A stretch of DNA of 64,000 nucleotides from an uncultured Chloroflexia bacterium. Its GTDB lineage: Bacteria; Chloroflexota; Limnocylindria; Limnocylindrales; CSP1-4. The DNA lies in the NCBI GenBank assembly GCA_963813535.1, contig CAWEZH010000002.1:1920001-1984000 (forward strand). The letters run 5' to 3'. Both the position numbers and the translations under genes were made by a program. Under the pieces are notes generated by a model that saw only the letters and a list, made by a program, of their open reading frames with translations, was not told where the DNA came from and did no database searches. Every line of letters begins with the position of its first letter. Within the stretch, counting starts at the first letter, position 1. Shown here in pieces: positions 62,270-64,000 of this stretch.

Positions 62270-62764
62270 GTGGATGGACAGGGCGACCCCGAGGGCCCGG
62301 GCGAACGCCGGCTCGAGCGGCCGCCGTCGGACCGCTATCGGATGACCGACCAGCCCGCCGTGCCGCCCGTGGGCGGCGAGCCCGGCGCGGCCGAACAAGG
62401 ATCGCCAACGCGCGCCTTCGTGACAGCGATCGCGGCGGCAGCCGGCGGTGGCCTCGTGATCACAGTGGCGGGTGGTCTCCTGACGATGACCGCCGGGCTC
62501 CTCGTCATCGCCGCACTGCTGGGCTGGGTGGTCGGCGCGCTGGTCGGGCTCGATGGGGGCGCGTCGTCGGATCGGCAGCGGCGCCGCGTGCTCGCGGCCG
62601 CACTGGCCATCGGCGGCGTCGCACTCGGTCAGGTCGGACTGTGGCTCGTCGCCCGCCAGGAGGGCGGCACCCTCGACCCCGTTGCATACCTCGCAGAGGT
62701 CTTTGGTGCCCTCGTGCCCCTCGAGGTCGCGCTGGCGGCGGGCTTCGCGTGGTGGCGGGCGTGA
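62270..62764 (+). CDS. Hypothetical membrane protein
   Basis: TACGAT + 6 nt before GTG 62270; four hydrophobic segments; GTGA overlap with the GNAT gene. Confidence 0.7.
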   Translation: MDGQGDPEGPGERRLERPPSDRYRMTDQPAVPPVGGEPGAAEQGSPTRAFVTAIAAAAGGGLVITVAGGLLTMTAGLLVIAALLGWVVGALVGLDGGASSDRQRRRVLAAALAIGGVALGQVGLWLVARQEGGTLDPVAYLAEVFGALVPLEVALAAGFAWWRA

Positions 62765-63258
62765 GCGAGCCCGTGGATCTGGCGTTCCGCAGACCCAGCG
62801 AGGCCGACCATGCGACGGTCGTCGGGCTGGTCGACGAGTGGTGGGACGGCCGCAGGATGCGGTCCTTGCTGCCGAGACTGTGGTTCCAGCACTTCGCCGG
62901 GACCTCGTGGATCGCGGAGGACGAAGCGGGCAAGCTGGCCGGGTTCGTCGTGGCGTTCATCAGCCAGGACGACCCGACCACGGGATACGTCCATATGATC
63001 GCCGCCGACCCCAATCACCGCCGGGCCGGTATCGGGCGAGCCCTGTACGACCGCGTCTTCGAGGATCTCGCATCGCGCGGCGTCCACCGGGTCAAGGCCA
63101 TCACCTGGCCGGGGAATCGCCAGAGCGTGGCCTTCCACCGCTCGATCGGGTTCCGCGTCGACGACGGACCCGGCACGCAGAACCTGTACGGCACGCCGGC
63201 CTACGCCGACTACGACGGCGATGGCGACGATCGGGTCGTCTTCACGCGCGATCTCTGA
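62761..63258 (+). CDS. GNAT-family N-acetyltransferase
   Basis: DEWW, LPRLWFQHF, HRRAGIGRALY, NRQSVAFHRSIGF. Confidence 0.9.
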   Translation: MSEPVDLAFRRPSEADHATVVGLVDEWWDGRRMRSLLPRLWFQHFAGTSWIAEDEAGKLAGFVVAFISQDDPTTGYVHMIAADPNHRRAGIGRALYDRVFEDLASRGVHRVKAITWPGNRQSVAFHRSIGFRVDDGPGTQNLYGTPAYADYDGDGDDRVVFTRDL

Positions 63259-63373
63259 CCGGTCGCGGCAAGGCGGAGCGCGGTAGGGCCGAGCGCGGGA
63301 ACCCGCTGGCGCGGAGCGGTGTAGAAGGGCGAGAAGGGTCCCACTGTCCGACCTGCCTCGGAAGGAGTCACCG

Positions 63374-64000
63374 ATGATCCGCAGGATCGCCGCCGTCGTC
63401 ACCGCGACCGCCATGCTGCTCATCCTCGCCGTGCCGGTGATGGCCGGCGGCTGGGCGGAGATCGTGGCCGACGGCCAGACCACCACCCCACGAGAGGGCG
63501 ATCCGGTCGAGATCGGCTTCCGCGTCCTCCAGCATGGCGAGACGCCGGCGCCGTGGGAGGGAGCGACCGTCCATCTCACGAATACCGGTACCGGCGAGAC
63601 GTTCGATGTCATCGCCAAGAACGACCGCCCGGACGGTCACTTCGTGGCCACGACGACCGTCAAGGAGGCCGGCTTCTGGAGCTGGCAGGTCACGCTTGCC
63701 AACCTCGAGAGCGATCACCTACCGGTCCGCATGACCGTTCTCACCGCATCGGGTGCGACGCCGCCGGTCGACCCGTCCTCGATCCTTGCCGCGGTCGACC
63801 GGGCCAAGAGCGACGTGACGACCAGCCTCGGCGAGCGGATCGGCACCGAAGTCCGGCGCCTCGAGGTCCAGGACGACTACTACCGCACGCGGATCGACAA
63901 CCTCGCGGCCCAGACCAGGGACCTGACCGCCCAGCGCGAAGCGCTGGAGGCTCGCGTCCAGGCGCTCGAGGGTGTCGGGGGGCTGCCCTTGCTGGCCGTC
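63374..64000 (+). CDS. Secreted/membrane-anchored protein with YtkA/FixH-like Ig domain and coiled coil (runs off window end)
   Basis: AAGGAG RBS; signal peptide MIRRIAAVV...VMA; GFRVLQHG, GHFVAT, GFWSWQV; open to 64000. Confidence 0.72.
   Translation, partial: MIRRIAAVVTATAMLLILAVPVMAGGWAEIVADGQTTTPREGDPVEIGFRVLQHGETPAPWEGATVHLTNTGTGETFDVIAKNDRPDGHFVATTTVKEAGFWSWQVTLANLESDHLPVRMTVLTASGATPPVDPSSILAAVDRAKSDVTTSLGERIGTEVRRLEVQDDYYRTRIDNLAAQTRDLTAQREALEARVQALEGVGGLPLLAV

Noticed and set aside
63296-63326. ECF sigma promoter (GGAAC...GTGTA) upstream of the last gene
   Set aside because: The -35 is plausible but the -10 is ambiguous and there is no ECF gene in the window; too weak to call.

Overview
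High-GC bacterial chromosomal window of about 60 genes. The gene set and frequent leaderless starts suggest a Chloroflexota- or Actinomycetota-like soil/sediment organism (inference). I found no rRNA, tRNA, CRISPR array, integrase or transposase. Family calls and reference motifs are from memory, with no database searches. Main blocks: (i) 1-11.4 kb, mixed housekeeping genes (SDR, polyphosphate glucokinase, ALDH, Nudix, HxlR/HtrA, purE, a GrpB-PurK fusion, a KamB/NpmA-like 16S rRNA m1A1408 methyltransferase, nucleoside hydrolase); (ii) 11.4-22 kb, sulfur handling (sufU-moeB-cysO-cysM-mec and rrf2-sufC-sufS without sufBD), interrupted by a two-component system, an orphan Flp pilin and an unknown gene; (iii) 22-51 kb, a methyl/C1 region with SAM-I riboswitch-metH-yitJ, a corrinoid-dependent non-pyrrolysine MttB/MtgB-type methyltransferase operon under an IclR regulator, two dimethylglycine/sarcosine oxidase-dehydrogenase paralogues (one frameshifted), ETF, BetB and a ProVWX-type transporter; (iv) 51-64 kb, a second ABC transporter with a HAD phosphatase, a GAF3-GGDEF-GAF-GGDEF-EAL protein and small genes. 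The most striking observation is the aminoglycoside-resistance-type methyltransferase. It has an in-frame TAA at codon 16, followed 10 nt later by an 11-bp hairpin that buries the only nearby in-frame restart codon. This is a candidate antibiotic-induced stop-codon readthrough switch, but a nonsense mutation or sequencing error is not excluded.
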